Positions 41,501 through 50,857 of a stretch of 64,000 nt of DNA are shown piece after piece (position 1 is the first letter of the stretch; each line of letters starts with the position of its first letter). The position numbers were made by a program, and so were the translations under genes. The stretch comes from Candidatus Latescibacterota bacterium (GTDB lineage Bacteria; Latescibacterota; UBA2968). The stretch covers positions 4,736,001 to 4,800,000 of the forward strand of contig OZ242320.1 in NCBI GenBank assembly GCA_965208125.1. Reading direction: 5' to 3'. The notes beneath the pieces are model-generated. The model did not search any database, was not told the origin of the DNA, and saw only the letters and a list, made by a program, of their open reading frames with translations.

Positions 41501-42072
41501 ACAGATTCTATGTGGTTGATTGGTCGGATGACAAGGTGTATGCGTACACCAGTAGTGGTCAGCGTGTTTCGAGTGCAGACTTCAATCTGGATAGCAACAA
41601 CAGTTATCCGTTGGGTATCACATACGCCAACAACCGCTTCTATGTGCTTGATCACGATGATAGAAAGGTGTATGCGTACACCAGTAGTGGTCAGCGTGTT
41701 TCGAGTGCTGACTTCAATCTGGATAGCTCGGGTGGTGGTATCACATACACCAACAACCGCTTCTATATGGTTGCTCCCTCAGATGCCAAGGTGTATGCGT
41801 ACACCAGTAGTGGTCAGCGTGATGCGAGTGCAGACTTCAATCTGGATAGCAACAACAGTACAGGATCGGGTATCACATACGCCAACAACCGCTTCTATGT
41901 GCTTGATTTTGAGGATTACAAGGTGTATGCGTACACCAGTAGTGGTCAGCGTGTTTCGAGTGCAGACTTCAATCTGGATAGCAATAACGCTGGTGCGAAT
42001 GGTATCACGTATGCCAACAACAGATTCTATGTGGTTGATCAGCGGTATGACAAGGTGTATGTGTACGAGTAG
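38473..42072 (+). CDS. Modular secreted protein A: signal/FlgD-Ig/dockerin head + 2x102-aa domain + 5 NHL-like + CARDB + PPC + 5 NHL-like
   Basis: RBS AAGGAGG; LGQNYPNPFNP..GVYLYRF; GDADLDDQVNIVDA/DVNCDGQVDIVDA; GITYANNRFYVVD repeats; PDLIVES..VRNQG; DDHGN..DVDYFRV. Confidence 0.88.
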   Translation: MWFMKSINWSVITALKTALAIVVWLAIGTAKATPIMDQVSGRVLHFGGTPVVDAQVSLFDLTNLRQGPVAQATTDGAGYFTLSLAGLQNQAVFPDGIGLGQNYPNPFNPATIIPYQLAEASHVRIEVFNVLGQLVATLVDAEQAAGSHIVRWDARDASGRGVAAGVYLYRFTVGDITQVRRMVLLDGKKTPAPIGGRQVEAVSGVVDGLPNPIYGLVISGQNMVSHVVSDFQLSDSFIPMDIVIDGMESEKSTKVVAQSGILGDADLDDQVNIVDALLVAVYSANPTAISISSDAHVDVNCDGQVDIVDALLIGKYSINQNDPDVRRDAPNIGTSNICSPASLSPDPSTVTFDTNGTWHRFTIQSSERVIVVANPSGTTPLVEISTSGGSNNCPPEQEDDYSGNNGESIYLSGCGSGTGTVELRRASDNTVLNTYTFAIGVQASLSPDPSTVTFDTNGTWHRFTIQSSERVIVVANPSGTTPLVEITTTSGARNLCPAEQDDDYSGNNGESIYLSGCGSGTGTVELRRASDNTVLNTYTFAIGTDSRASQPRGITYANNRFYVVDRQDDKVYVYTSSGGRVSSADFNLDSNNGNPQGITYANNRFYVVDWTDIKVYVYTSSGGRVSSADFNLDSNNTNPSGITYANNRFYVVDYDDAKVYVYNSSGGRVSSADFNLASANTTPGGITYANNRFYVVDIGDAKVYVYNSSGQRVSSADFNLDSNNTDPNGITYTNDRLYVADRDDDQIYSYDVSGGGGGGGSPDLIVESPSVSDNTLTTGQSFTLQTTVRNQGSGSSASTTLYYYRSSNSTISPSDTQVGTDSVSGLSASGTSSESISLNAPSSAGTYYYGACVASVSGESDTGNNCSDGVQVTVSSSSDDHGNSRSTATQVSSNSTTNGQISPVGDVDYFRVDVSGSGTLTAYTTGSTDTEGQLQDSSGNLLDSDDDTGDLNFRVSASVSAGTYYIRVIEHANNDTGSYTLHVSVTTSTPSSFNLDSSNGNSSGITYANNRFYVVDWSDDKVYAYTSSGQRVSSADFNLDSNNSYPLGITYANNRFYVLDHDDRKVYAYTSSGQRVSSADFNLDSSGGGITYTNNRFYMVAPSDAKVYAYTSSGQRDASADFNLDSNNSTGSGITYANNRFYVLDFEDYKVYAYTSSGQRVSSADFNLDSNNAGANGITYANNRFYVVDQRYDKVYVYE

Positions 42073-42080
42073 TGGGCAAT

Positions 42081-42322
42081 AAGGAAGTGGTGGAGGTAGT
42101 TCGACAAGCGCAACCTTGAGGGATGAAAAAACGGTCTGAAGCGGTGTACAACTGATCGATTTTCAGACCCGTTCATCAGGATGAAAGGCAATGCGCGGTG
42201 GAGGGCTTTCGCGGTTGGCAAGCCTGTCAGCCCTCCGCCGCTTTGACAACAGAGACAGGTCGTCGCCTGCTCTGTTTCTCAATCTAAAACGCCAAAACCG
42301 CAGAATCAAGTTGCTTTTTTTT
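42081..42322 (+). repeat. Structured intergenic element, copy 1
   Basis: Starts AAGGAAGTGGTGG; hairpins at 42122-42177, 42195-42241, 42248-42276; ends in T-run. Confidence 0.9.
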
Positions 42323-42383
42323 ATGCGGATGGATCAGTCCCATGATCAAGGTGGCTTCCATAAACTCCATCAAGGAGGAATCC

Positions 42384-45300
42384 ATGTGGTTCATGAAGTC
42401 TATAAATTGGAGCGTGATAACCGCTCTTAAAACAGCTCTTGCCATTGTCGTATGGCTGGCGATTGGTACGGCGAAAGCAACGCCGATTATGGATCAAGTG
42501 TCGGGGCGCGTGCTGCACTTTGGTGGAACGCCTGTGGTGGATGCCCAGGTGTCCCTGTTCGATTTGACAAATCTGCGTCAGGGACCTGTAGCGCAAGCCA
42601 CGACAGACGGTGCAGGTTATTTCACGCTTTCACTGGCCGGGTTGCAAAATCAGGCCGTGTTTCCCGACGGCATTGGACTGGGGCAGAACTATCCCAATCC
42701 CTTTAATCCAGCCACGATCATACCCTACCAGTTGGCAGAGGCATCGCATGTGCGGATCGAGGTGTTCAATGTGTTGGGGCAACTCGTTGCGACGCTGGTG
42801 GATGCGGAGCAGGCGGCGGGTTCTCATATTGTGCGGTGGGATGCTCGGGATGCTTCGGGACGAGGTGTGGCTGCGGGGGTGTATCTCTATCGGTTTACAG
42901 TTGGTGACATAACGCAAGTTCGCCGAATGGTTTTGCTGGACGGCAAAAAGACCCCTGCGCCAATAGGTGGGAGACAGGTTGAAGCAGTGTCCGGTATGGT
43001 GGATGGCCTGCCCAATCCTATTTATGGTCTGGTGATTTCGGGGCAGAATATGGTCTCCCATGTGGTGTCGGATTTCCAGTTATCTGACAGCTTCATCCCG
43101 GTGGATATTGTGATCGATGGGGTGGAGAGCGAAAAAAGTACAAAAGTCGTAGCACAGAGCGGAATTTTAGGCGACGCAGACCTCGATGGTCAAGTTAATA
43201 TCGTTGATGCGTTGCTCGTAGCCGTGTACAGTGCCAATCCCACCGCGATTTCAATTTCCAGTGACGCACATGTTGATGTAAACTGCGACGGTCAAGTCGA
43301 TATTGTGGATGCCTGGCTGATCGGTAAGTACAGCATCAATCCGAACGATCCTGATGTACGTCGTGACGCCCCGAATATCGGCACATCTAACATTTGTTCT
43401 CCCGCGTCCCTATCGCCTGATCCATCGACCGTGACGTTTGACACCAACGGCACCTGGCATCGGTTTACGATTCAATCGAGTGAGCGGGTTATTGTGGTGG
43501 CGAATCCGAGTGGCACGACCCCGCTTGTGGAGATCAGCGCCAGCAGCGGAGAGAGCAACCTTTGTCCACCCGAACAGAATGATGAGATAACCCGCAACAA
43601 CGGCGAATCCATCTACTTGTCTGGTTGTGGTTCAGGGACAGGCACAGTGGAACTGCGTCGGGCTTCGGACAATACGGTTCTTAACACCTATACCTTTGCT
43701 ATCGGTGTCCAGGCGTCCCTATCGCCTGATCCATCGACCGTGACGTTTGATACCAATGGCACCTGGCATCGGTTTACGATTCAATCGAGCGAGCCGGTTA
43801 TTGTGGTGGCGAATCCGAGTGGCACAACCCCGCTTGTGGAGATTACCGACACCAGCGGAGAGGACAATTTTTGCCCACCCGAACAGGAGGACGATTATAG
43901 CGGCAACAACGGCGAATCCATCTACTTGTCTGGTTGTGGTTCAGGGACAGGCACAGTGGAACTGCGTCGGGCTTCGGACAACACGGTTCTTAACACCTAT
44001 ACCTTTGCTATCGGTACTGATTCTCATGCCCCTCAGCCGCGTGGTATCACGTATGCCAACAACCGCTTCTATGAGGTTGATCACGATGATGATAAGGTGT
44101 ATGTGTACAACAGTTCTGGTCAGCGTGATGCGAGTGCAGACTTCAATCTGGATAGCAATAACGGTAATCCGAATGGTATCACATACGCCAACAACCGCTT
44201 CTATGTGGTTGATCACAATGATGATAAGGTGTATGTGTACAACAGTTCTGGTCAGCGTGTTTCGAGTGCAGACTTCAATCTGGATAGCAATAACGGTAAT
44301 CCGGAAGGTATCACCTACGCCAACAACCGCTTCTATGTGGTTGATTGGATAGATGCCAAGGTGTATGTGTACACCAGTAGTGGACAGCGTGTTTCGAGTG
44401 CAGACTTCAATCTGGATAGCAATAACGGTACTGCAACGGGTATCACGTATGCCAACAACCGCTTCTATGTGGTTGATTACGATGATGCTAAGGTGTATGT
44501 GTACACCAGTAGTGGTCAGCGTGTTTCGAGTGCAGACTTCAATCTGGATAGCAATAACGGTAATCCGCTGGGTATCACTTATACCAACGACCGGCTCTAT
44601 GTGGCTGATAGGGACGATGATCAGATCTATAGTTACGATGTCAGTGGAGGAGGTGGTGGTGGCAGTCCAGACCTGATCGTAGAATCACCTTCGGTCAGCG
44701 ATAACACCTTGACAGCGGGACAATCCTTCACCCTACAGGCAACTGTCCGCAATCAGGGCACTGGTCAATCTGCTGCAACGACCTTGCGGTATTACCAATC
44801 TGCCAATGCGACCATATCTGCCAGCGACACACGGGTAGGCAGTGGTGCGGTAGGCAGCCTGAATGCTTCGAGCAGCAGTGTGGAATCAATCAGTTTGAAT
44901 GCGCCATCCAGTGCGGGTACGTATTACTACGGTGCGTGTGTTACGTCTGTGTCTGGTGAATCGAAGACGAATAACAACTGCTCTGTTGGTGTGCGCGTCA
45001 CGGTCAGCAGTAGCGGTGATGATCACGGGAATAGTCGTTCTACGGCGACACAGGTATCGTCAGGTAGTATGACGAATGGGCAGATTTCTCCTGTGGGCGA
45101 TGTGGACTATTTTCGGGTTGACGTAAGTGGTTCTGGGACACTAACAGCTTATACGACGGGAAGTACGGATACCGAGGGCCAATTGCAGGATAGCTCAGGC
45201 AACCTCCTTGATTCCGATGATGATACAGGCGACCTCAACTTCCGGGTTTCAGCATCGGTGAGTGCAGGGACGTACTACATCCGGGTAATCGAACATGCTA

Positions 45301-45995
45301 ATAACGATACAGGAAGCTACACCCTGCATGTCTCTGTTACTACCTCTACTCCCTCCTCCTTCAATCTGGATAGCAATAACGGTGATGCGTATGGTATCAC
45401 ATACGCCAACAACCGCTTCTATGTGACTGATTATTGGGGTGATGATAAGGTGTATGTGTACAACAGTTCTGGGCAGCGTGTTTCGAGTGCAGACTTCAAT
45501 CTGGATAGCGACAACACTCGTCCGACTGGTATCACGTATGCCAACAACAGATTCTATGTGCTTGATCTTGATGATGACAAGGTGTATGTGTACAACAGTT
45601 CTGGGCAGCGTGTTTCGAGTGCAGACTTCAATCTGGATAGCAATAACGGTGATGCGTTTGGTATCACATACGCCAACAACCGCTTCTATGTGACTGATTA
45701 TCAGGATGCAAAGGTGTATGTGTACAACAGTTCTGGCGGGCGTGTTTCGAGTGCAGACTTCAATCTGGATAGCAATAACGGTGGTCCAACGGGTATCACA
45801 TACGCCAACAACCGCCTCTATGTGGTTGATTACGGGGATGACAAGGTGTATGTGTACAACAGTTCTGGCGGGCGTGTTTCGAGTGCAGACTTCAATCTGG
45901 ATAGCGACAACAGTAATCCAACGAGTATGACATACGCCAACAACCGCTTCTATGTGGTTGATGAGGGGGCTGACAAGGTGTATGTGTACGAGTAG
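42384..45995 (+). CDS. Modular secreted protein B, same architecture as A with different variable windows
   Basis: Near-identical head module; 5+5 NHL-like repeats; CARDB allele differs from A. Confidence 0.88.
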   Translation: MWFMKSINWSVITALKTALAIVVWLAIGTAKATPIMDQVSGRVLHFGGTPVVDAQVSLFDLTNLRQGPVAQATTDGAGYFTLSLAGLQNQAVFPDGIGLGQNYPNPFNPATIIPYQLAEASHVRIEVFNVLGQLVATLVDAEQAAGSHIVRWDARDASGRGVAAGVYLYRFTVGDITQVRRMVLLDGKKTPAPIGGRQVEAVSGMVDGLPNPIYGLVISGQNMVSHVVSDFQLSDSFIPVDIVIDGVESEKSTKVVAQSGILGDADLDGQVNIVDALLVAVYSANPTAISISSDAHVDVNCDGQVDIVDAWLIGKYSINPNDPDVRRDAPNIGTSNICSPASLSPDPSTVTFDTNGTWHRFTIQSSERVIVVANPSGTTPLVEISASSGESNLCPPEQNDEITRNNGESIYLSGCGSGTGTVELRRASDNTVLNTYTFAIGVQASLSPDPSTVTFDTNGTWHRFTIQSSEPVIVVANPSGTTPLVEITDTSGEDNFCPPEQEDDYSGNNGESIYLSGCGSGTGTVELRRASDNTVLNTYTFAIGTDSHAPQPRGITYANNRFYEVDHDDDKVYVYNSSGQRDASADFNLDSNNGNPNGITYANNRFYVVDHNDDKVYVYNSSGQRVSSADFNLDSNNGNPEGITYANNRFYVVDWIDAKVYVYTSSGQRVSSADFNLDSNNGTATGITYANNRFYVVDYDDAKVYVYTSSGQRVSSADFNLDSNNGNPLGITYTNDRLYVADRDDDQIYSYDVSGGGGGGSPDLIVESPSVSDNTLTAGQSFTLQATVRNQGTGQSAATTLRYYQSANATISASDTRVGSGAVGSLNASSSSVESISLNAPSSAGTYYYGACVTSVSGESKTNNNCSVGVRVTVSSSGDDHGNSRSTATQVSSGSMTNGQISPVGDVDYFRVDVSGSGTLTAYTTGSTDTEGQLQDSSGNLLDSDDDTGDLNFRVSASVSAGTYYIRVIEHANNDTGSYTLHVSVTTSTPSSFNLDSNNGDAYGITYANNRFYVTDYWGDDKVYVYNSSGQRVSSADFNLDSDNTRPTGITYANNRFYVLDLDDDKVYVYNSSGQRVSSADFNLDSNNGDAFGITYANNRFYVTDYQDAKVYVYNSSGGRVSSADFNLDSNNGGPTGITYANNRLYVVDYGDDKVYVYNSSGGRVSSADFNLDSDNSNPTSMTYANNRFYVVDEGADKVYVYE

Positions 45996-46003
45996 TGGGT
46001 AAT

Positions 46004-46182
46004 AAGGAAGTGGTGGGGGTAGTTCGGCAAGCGCAACCTTGAGGGATGAAAAAACGGGATGAATGGGATGAAAAGATGAACAGGATGAAAGGCGATGCGC
46101 GGTGGAGGGCTTTCGCGGTTGGCAAGCCTGTCAGCCCTCCGCCGCTTTGACAACAGAGACAGGTCGTCACCTGCTCTGTTTC
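46004..46182 (+). repeat. Structured intergenic element, copy 2 (lacks first hairpin core, 3'-truncated)
   Basis: Shares AAGGAAGTGGTGG start and the GCGGTGGAGGGCT..AGCCCTCCGCCGC and ACAGAGACAGG..CCTGCTCTGT hairpins. Confidence 0.88.
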
Positions 46183-46282
46183 GCAACAACACAGGCGACG
46201 ATTGCGGTTTGGGTAAAATGGATTTGAATACGATGCGGGTCAAGTCCAGATAGGACTTAACCGAAAAAGAAGGAGAAAGAAA

Positions 46283-47842
46283 ATGTGTAAGCACTTGACA
46301 CTTGTCGCACTCATTGGACTCTTTTTCGCAGATCAAGTCTCTGCTACTTCTCATACAGATCCAGACTTTAACGACGATGGAATCGTCAATGAATTGGACT
46401 TAAGGCTCCTTATTTCCAATTGGGGAACGCGAGCAGGTGGACCAAATTGGGATGCGAAGATCGATCTGAATAGTGATGGGATCGTCAATGAATTGGACTT
46501 AAGGCTCCTTATTTCCAATTGGGGCAAGACATTTCCAGTGATACTGAGCGAGCGCGATGTACTGGTGGCGCTATACAATGCGACGGGTGGCGCCAATTGG
46601 ACAAATAACACCAATTGGCTCACGAACAACGACATTTCCACCTGGCATGGTGTCAGCGTTTCTAACGGTTTGGTTACAGGCCTGGACCTTAGTAATAATA
46701 ATCTGATGGGGGAGATTCCCGCGGAATTAGGCAACTTGACCAACCTGACAAGGCTGTATCTTTCCGACAACAGTATTTCGGATGTGTCAGCCCTGTCTAA
46801 CCTGACAAACCTGACAAACCTGACAAGGCTGTATCTTTCCGGCAACAGTATTTCGGATGTGTCAGCCCTGTCTAACCTGACTAATCTGACAGAGCTGTGG
46901 CTTTCCTCCAACAGCATCTCGGATGTGTCAGCCCTGTCTAACCTGACAAACCTGACAGAGCTGAGGCTTTACAACAACAGCATCTCGGATGTGTCAGCCC
47001 TGTCTAACCTGACTAATCTGACAGAGCTGTGGCTTCGCAACAACAGCATCTCGGATGTGTCAGCCCTGTCTAACCTGACAAACCTGACATGGCTGTCTCT
47101 TGGAGGCAACAGCATCTCGGATGTGTCAGCCCTGTCTAACCTGACTAATCTGACAGAGCTGTGGCTTCGCAACAACAGCATCTCGGATGTGTCAGCCCTG
47201 TCTAACCTGACAAACCTGACATGGCTGTCTCTTGGAGGCAACAGCATCTCGGATGTGTCAGCCCTGTCTAACCTGACTAATCTGACAGAGCTGTGGCTTT
47301 CCTCCAACAGCATCTCGGATGTGTCAGCCCTGTCTAACCTGACCAATCTGACAACGCTGGGGCTTCAGAATAACAGCATCTCGGATGTGTCAGCCCTGTC
47401 TAACCTGACAAACCTGACATGGCTGTCTCTTGGAGGCAACAGCATCTCGGATGTGTCAGCCCTGTCTAACCTGACTAATCTGACAGAGCTGTGGCTTTCC
47501 TCCAACAGCATCTCGGATGTGTCAGCCCTGTCTAACCTGACCAATCTGACAACGCTGGATCTTTACAACAACAGCATCTCGAACCTTTCGCCTTTGGTCG
47601 CAAATACGGGTTTGGGCAGTGGGGACTATGTTGATGTGAGGAACAACCCCCTGAGTGCTACATCACTCAACACGCACATTCCAGCCCTTCAGGCAAGAGG
47701 GGTTAATGTGCAGTTTGGCGCAGGGAAGCCTGCGGTGGAGGAGATAGAGCGGGGCATGATACCTGAGGAATGGGAGACAAGAACCCCGATCCACCACCCA
47801 ACGGACGGGCACAGGGGCACCGCTCCTTCAATTCAGCGATGA
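46283..47842 (+). CDS. Secreted protein C: dockerin/EF-hand-like pair + LRR N-cap + 13 internalin-like 22-aa LRRs
   Basis: Signal peptide; DFNDDGIVNELDL twice; ERDVLVALYNATGGANW cap; (xLxLxx NSISDVSALSNLTNLT)n. Confidence 0.9.
   Translation: MCKHLTLVALIGLFFADQVSATSHTDPDFNDDGIVNELDLRLLISNWGTRAGGPNWDAKIDLNSDGIVNELDLRLLISNWGKTFPVILSERDVLVALYNATGGANWTNNTNWLTNNDISTWHGVSVSNGLVTGLDLSNNNLMGEIPAELGNLTNLTRLYLSDNSISDVSALSNLTNLTNLTRLYLSGNSISDVSALSNLTNLTELWLSSNSISDVSALSNLTNLTELRLYNNSISDVSALSNLTNLTELWLRNNSISDVSALSNLTNLTWLSLGGNSISDVSALSNLTNLTELWLRNNSISDVSALSNLTNLTWLSLGGNSISDVSALSNLTNLTELWLSSNSISDVSALSNLTNLTTLGLQNNSISDVSALSNLTNLTWLSLGGNSISDVSALSNLTNLTELWLSSNSISDVSALSNLTNLTTLDLYNNSISNLSPLVANTGLGSGDYVDVRNNPLSATSLNTHIPALQARGVNVQFGAGKPAVEEIERGMIPEEWETRTPIHHPTDGHRGTAPSIQR
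46745..47590 (+). repeat. 66-bp LRR tandem repeat (48-bp constant + 18-bp variable), 13 units
   Basis: Constant AACAGCATCTCGGATGTGTCAGCCCTGTCTAACCTGAC(A/T/C)AA(C/T)CTGACA. Confidence 0.92.
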
Positions 47843-47931
47843 CGGGATGGGAACCGTCCCGATAGTATGAATGGGTATCTCACATGATCTGAGATGCCGT
47901 CCGTTGAACACCATTTACATAGGAGAATCCA

Positions 47932-48378
47932 ATGCGGAATCTAATTCTGTCAACGTTATCTATACTCACACTTCTGATATACCCGCTGTCTCTTTCGGCA
48001 CAGAACAGTTTTTCCCTCTCGTTGGATGTGGATGGTGCAACGGGCGATCAGGCCGTCACATCTTTGAATACTGATCCGAATCAAGTTGTCGCCATTCAGA
48101 TCTTCGGTAGAGACATTCAGAATGCGAATGGTCTTTCTGTGCGTTTTGAATACGATGCGGGTCAAGTGACTTATGACGGCTTTGATACAGGCAATGTCTT
48201 GCCCAATGCCCAGGCGCTCTCACAACAGGGTACAGGTTTTGTTGAAATCGGCATTGGGTCTTTGGGTGGGCAGGCGACGGCTAACAATGGTCTGATCGGC
48301 ACAATACGCTTTTGCACAAAAGGAAGTGGTGGGGGTAGTTCGGCAAGTGCAACCTTGAGAGATGAAAAAACGGTCTGA
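47932..48378 (+). CDS. Secreted cohesin-like domain protein D, apparently truncated by the intergenic element
   Basis: Signal peptide; VAIQIFGRDIQNANGLSVRFEYDAGQVTY..GLIGTIRF; the final ~19 codons are read from repeat copy 3. Confidence 0.65.
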   Translation: MRNLILSTLSILTLLIYPLSLSAQNSFSLSLDVDGATGDQAVTSLNTDPNQVVAIQIFGRDIQNANGLSVRFEYDAGQVTYDGFDTGNVLPNAQALSQQGTGFVEIGIGSLGGQATANNGLIGTIRFCTKGSGGGSSASATLRDEKTV

Positions 48379-48586
48379 AGCGTTGTACAATTGGTCGATT
48401 TTCAGACCCGTTCATCAGGAGGAATGGGATGAAAGGATGGACAGGATGAAAGGCGATGCGCGGTGGAGGGCTTTCGCGGTTGGCAAGCCTGTCAGCCCTC
48501 CGCCGCTTTGACAACAGAGACAGGTCATCACCTGCTCTGTTTTTCAATCTAAAACGCCAAAACCGCAGAATCAAGTTGCTTTTTTT
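48320..48586 (+). repeat. Structured intergenic element, copy 3
   Basis: Full-length copy with all three hairpins. Confidence 0.9.
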
Positions 48587-48816
48587 CAGGCGGTGGGATG
48601 TTGTTTTCTCTATCAGGGGTAGGGGATGAAACCAGCACCCACCGCGCCAATGTCTTCGGAATCAAGGAAAGGAGGTATGCGAAGCCTATCTCTCTGTATT
48701 TGGAACGATAGACTTCGGCGAGAATGTCAAGACTACTGACTTTGGCCTTGCCGGGGGGATCGGTGCCGAGATACCGATCTCCGATCTGCACATTTTTCAA
48801 TAAAGGAGAATTTCAA

Positions 48817-50529
48817 ATGTCATCCTTCTACCGTCTTTTAGCTGCGATAGCACTTTGCTCTATCCTCACCACACCAAATGCTTCCTGTGCTGAAGATAGG
48901 CCGGTCCTTTTCCTGGATGGTCGATCTCATGTTGAATTGCCGAGAAATTTTTTTTACCGAACAACACAGGCGACTACACCAGACTTCAATGGCGATGGTG
49001 TGGTCAATTTTGCCGACTTTTTGGCATTTGCAGGTCAGTTTGGGTCTCGTCAGGGCGATGGGCGGTATGAGGCGAAGTATGACTTAGACGGCGATGGCGC
49101 AATAGGCTTTGGTGATTTTCTCATCTTTGGCAAAAGCTATGGTCAACAAGTGCCACCCTCTGGTGGCGGTGGGACGCCTGCCATCTACAAGGAGACCCTC
49201 GATCTGTATGCTTTCAACGGTGATCCGAGGGGTATCACGTATGCCAACAACAGATTCTATGTGGTTGATTGGAGAGATAACAAGGTGTATGTGTACACCA
49301 GTAGTGGTCAGCGAGTAGAAAACGCTGACTTCGACCTGGATAGAGACAACGGTTCTCCGACAGGTATCACGTATGCCAACAACAGATTCTATGTGGTTGA
49401 TTGGTGGGATGACAAGGTGTATGTGTACAATAGTAGTGGTCAGCGAGTAGAAAACGCTGACTTCGACCTATATAGCGACAACAGTGATCCGAGTGGTATC
49501 ACGTATGCCAATAACAGATTCTATGTGGTTGATTGGCGGGATGACAAGGTGTATGTGTACAATAGTAGTGGTCAGCGAGTAGAAAGCGCTGACTTCGACC
49601 TATATAGCGACAACAGTTCTCCGGAGCGTATCACGTATGCCAACAACCGCTTCTATGTGGTTGATCGGGTGGATGACAAGGTGTATGTGTACAATAGTAG
49701 TGGTCAGCGAGTAGAAAACGCTGACTTCGACCTAGATTTGGATAGCGACAATAGTCGTCCGGAGGGTATCACGTATGCCAACAACAGATTCTATGTGGTT
49801 GATATTGATTATGACAAGGTGTATGTGTACACCAGTAGTGGTCAGCGAGTAGAAAGCGCTGACTTCGAGCTGTATGCTTTCAACAGTTCTCCTTTGGGTA
49901 TCACGTATGCCAACAACAGATTCTATGTGGTTGACTACAGGTGGATTGGGGGGGCTGATAAGGTGTATGTGTACAATAGTAGTGGTCAGCGAGTAAGAAG
50001 CGCTGACTTCGACCTGCATAGCGACAACAGTGAGCCGAGGGGTATCACGTATGCCAACAACAGATTCTATGTGGTTGATGATGACTTTTTTGGTGTTCAA
50101 AAGGTGTATGTGTACACCAGTAGTGGTCAGCGAGTAGAAAACGCTGACTTCGACCTGGATGCTTTCAACATTGATCCGAGGGGTATCACGTATGCCAACA
50201 ACCGCTTCTATGTGGTTGACTACAGGTGGATTGGGGGGGCTGATAAGGTGTATGTGTACAATAGTAGTGGTCAGCGAGTAGCAAGTGCTGACTTCGACCT
50301 GCATAGCGACAACATTGATCCGGAGGGTATCACGTATGCCAACAACAGATTCTATGTGGTTGATGAGGAGGATGACAAGGTGTATGTGTACAATAGTAGT
50401 GGTCAGCGAGTAGCAAGTGCTGACTTCGACCTGCATAGCGACAACAGTACTCCGAGGGGTATCACGTATGCCAACAACAGATTCTATGTGGTTGATATTG
50501 GGAATGACAAGATATATGTGTACGAGTAG
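48817..50529 (+). CDS. Chimeric secreted protein E: K-derived leader + EF-hand/dockerin-like + 10 NHL-like repeats
   Basis: RBS AAGGAG; first ~52 codons nearly identical to gene K; PDFNGDGVVNFADF/DLDGDGAIGFGDF; ten ITYANNRFYVVD units. Confidence 0.87.
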   Translation: MSSFYRLLAAIALCSILTTPNASCAEDRPVLFLDGRSHVELPRNFFYRTTQATTPDFNGDGVVNFADFLAFAGQFGSRQGDGRYEAKYDLDGDGAIGFGDFLIFGKSYGQQVPPSGGGGTPAIYKETLDLYAFNGDPRGITYANNRFYVVDWRDNKVYVYTSSGQRVENADFDLDRDNGSPTGITYANNRFYVVDWWDDKVYVYNSSGQRVENADFDLYSDNSDPSGITYANNRFYVVDWRDDKVYVYNSSGQRVESADFDLYSDNSSPERITYANNRFYVVDRVDDKVYVYNSSGQRVENADFDLDLDSDNSRPEGITYANNRFYVVDIDYDKVYVYTSSGQRVESADFELYAFNSSPLGITYANNRFYVVDYRWIGGADKVYVYNSSGQRVRSADFDLHSDNSEPRGITYANNRFYVVDDDFFGVQKVYVYTSSGQRVENADFDLDAFNIDPRGITYANNRFYVVDYRWIGGADKVYVYNSSGQRVASADFDLHSDNIDPEGITYANNRFYVVDEEDDKVYVYNSSGQRVASADFDLHSDNSTPRGITYANNRFYVVDIGNDKIYVYE

Positions 50530-50537
50530 GAGCCAAT

Positions 50538-50795
50538 AAGGAAGTGGTGGGGGTAGTTCGGCAAGCGCGATCTTGAGGGATGTAAAAACGGTCTGAAGCG
50601 GTGTACAACGGGTCGATTTTCAGACCCGTTCATCAGGATGAAAGGATGGCCAGGATGAAAGGCGATGCGCGGTGGCGGGCTTTCGCGGTTGGCAAGCCTG
50701 TCAGCCCTCCGCCGCTTTGACAACAGAGACAGGTCGTCACCTGCTCTGTTTCTCAATCTAAAACGCCAAAACCGCAGAATCAAGTTGCTTTTTTT
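50538..50795 (+). repeat. Structured intergenic element, copy 4
   Basis: Same hairpin set; followed by the same ~60-bp linker to the head module as copy 1. Confidence 0.9.
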
Positions 50796-50857
50796 CATGC
50801 GGACGGATCAGTCCCATGATCAAGGTGGCTTCCATAAACTCCATCAAGGAGGAATCC

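Noticed and set aside
42081-42322. Integron attC identity for the intergenic element
   Set aside because: No clear RYYYAAC...GTTRRRY core pair, it has several separate hairpins rather than one long one, and no integrase is in the window.
46745-47590. CRISPR-like repeat/spacer appearance of the LRR region
   Set aside because: The period is 66 bp and in frame, the 18-bp spacers keep Leu codons, and no cas genes are present; it is a coding repeat.
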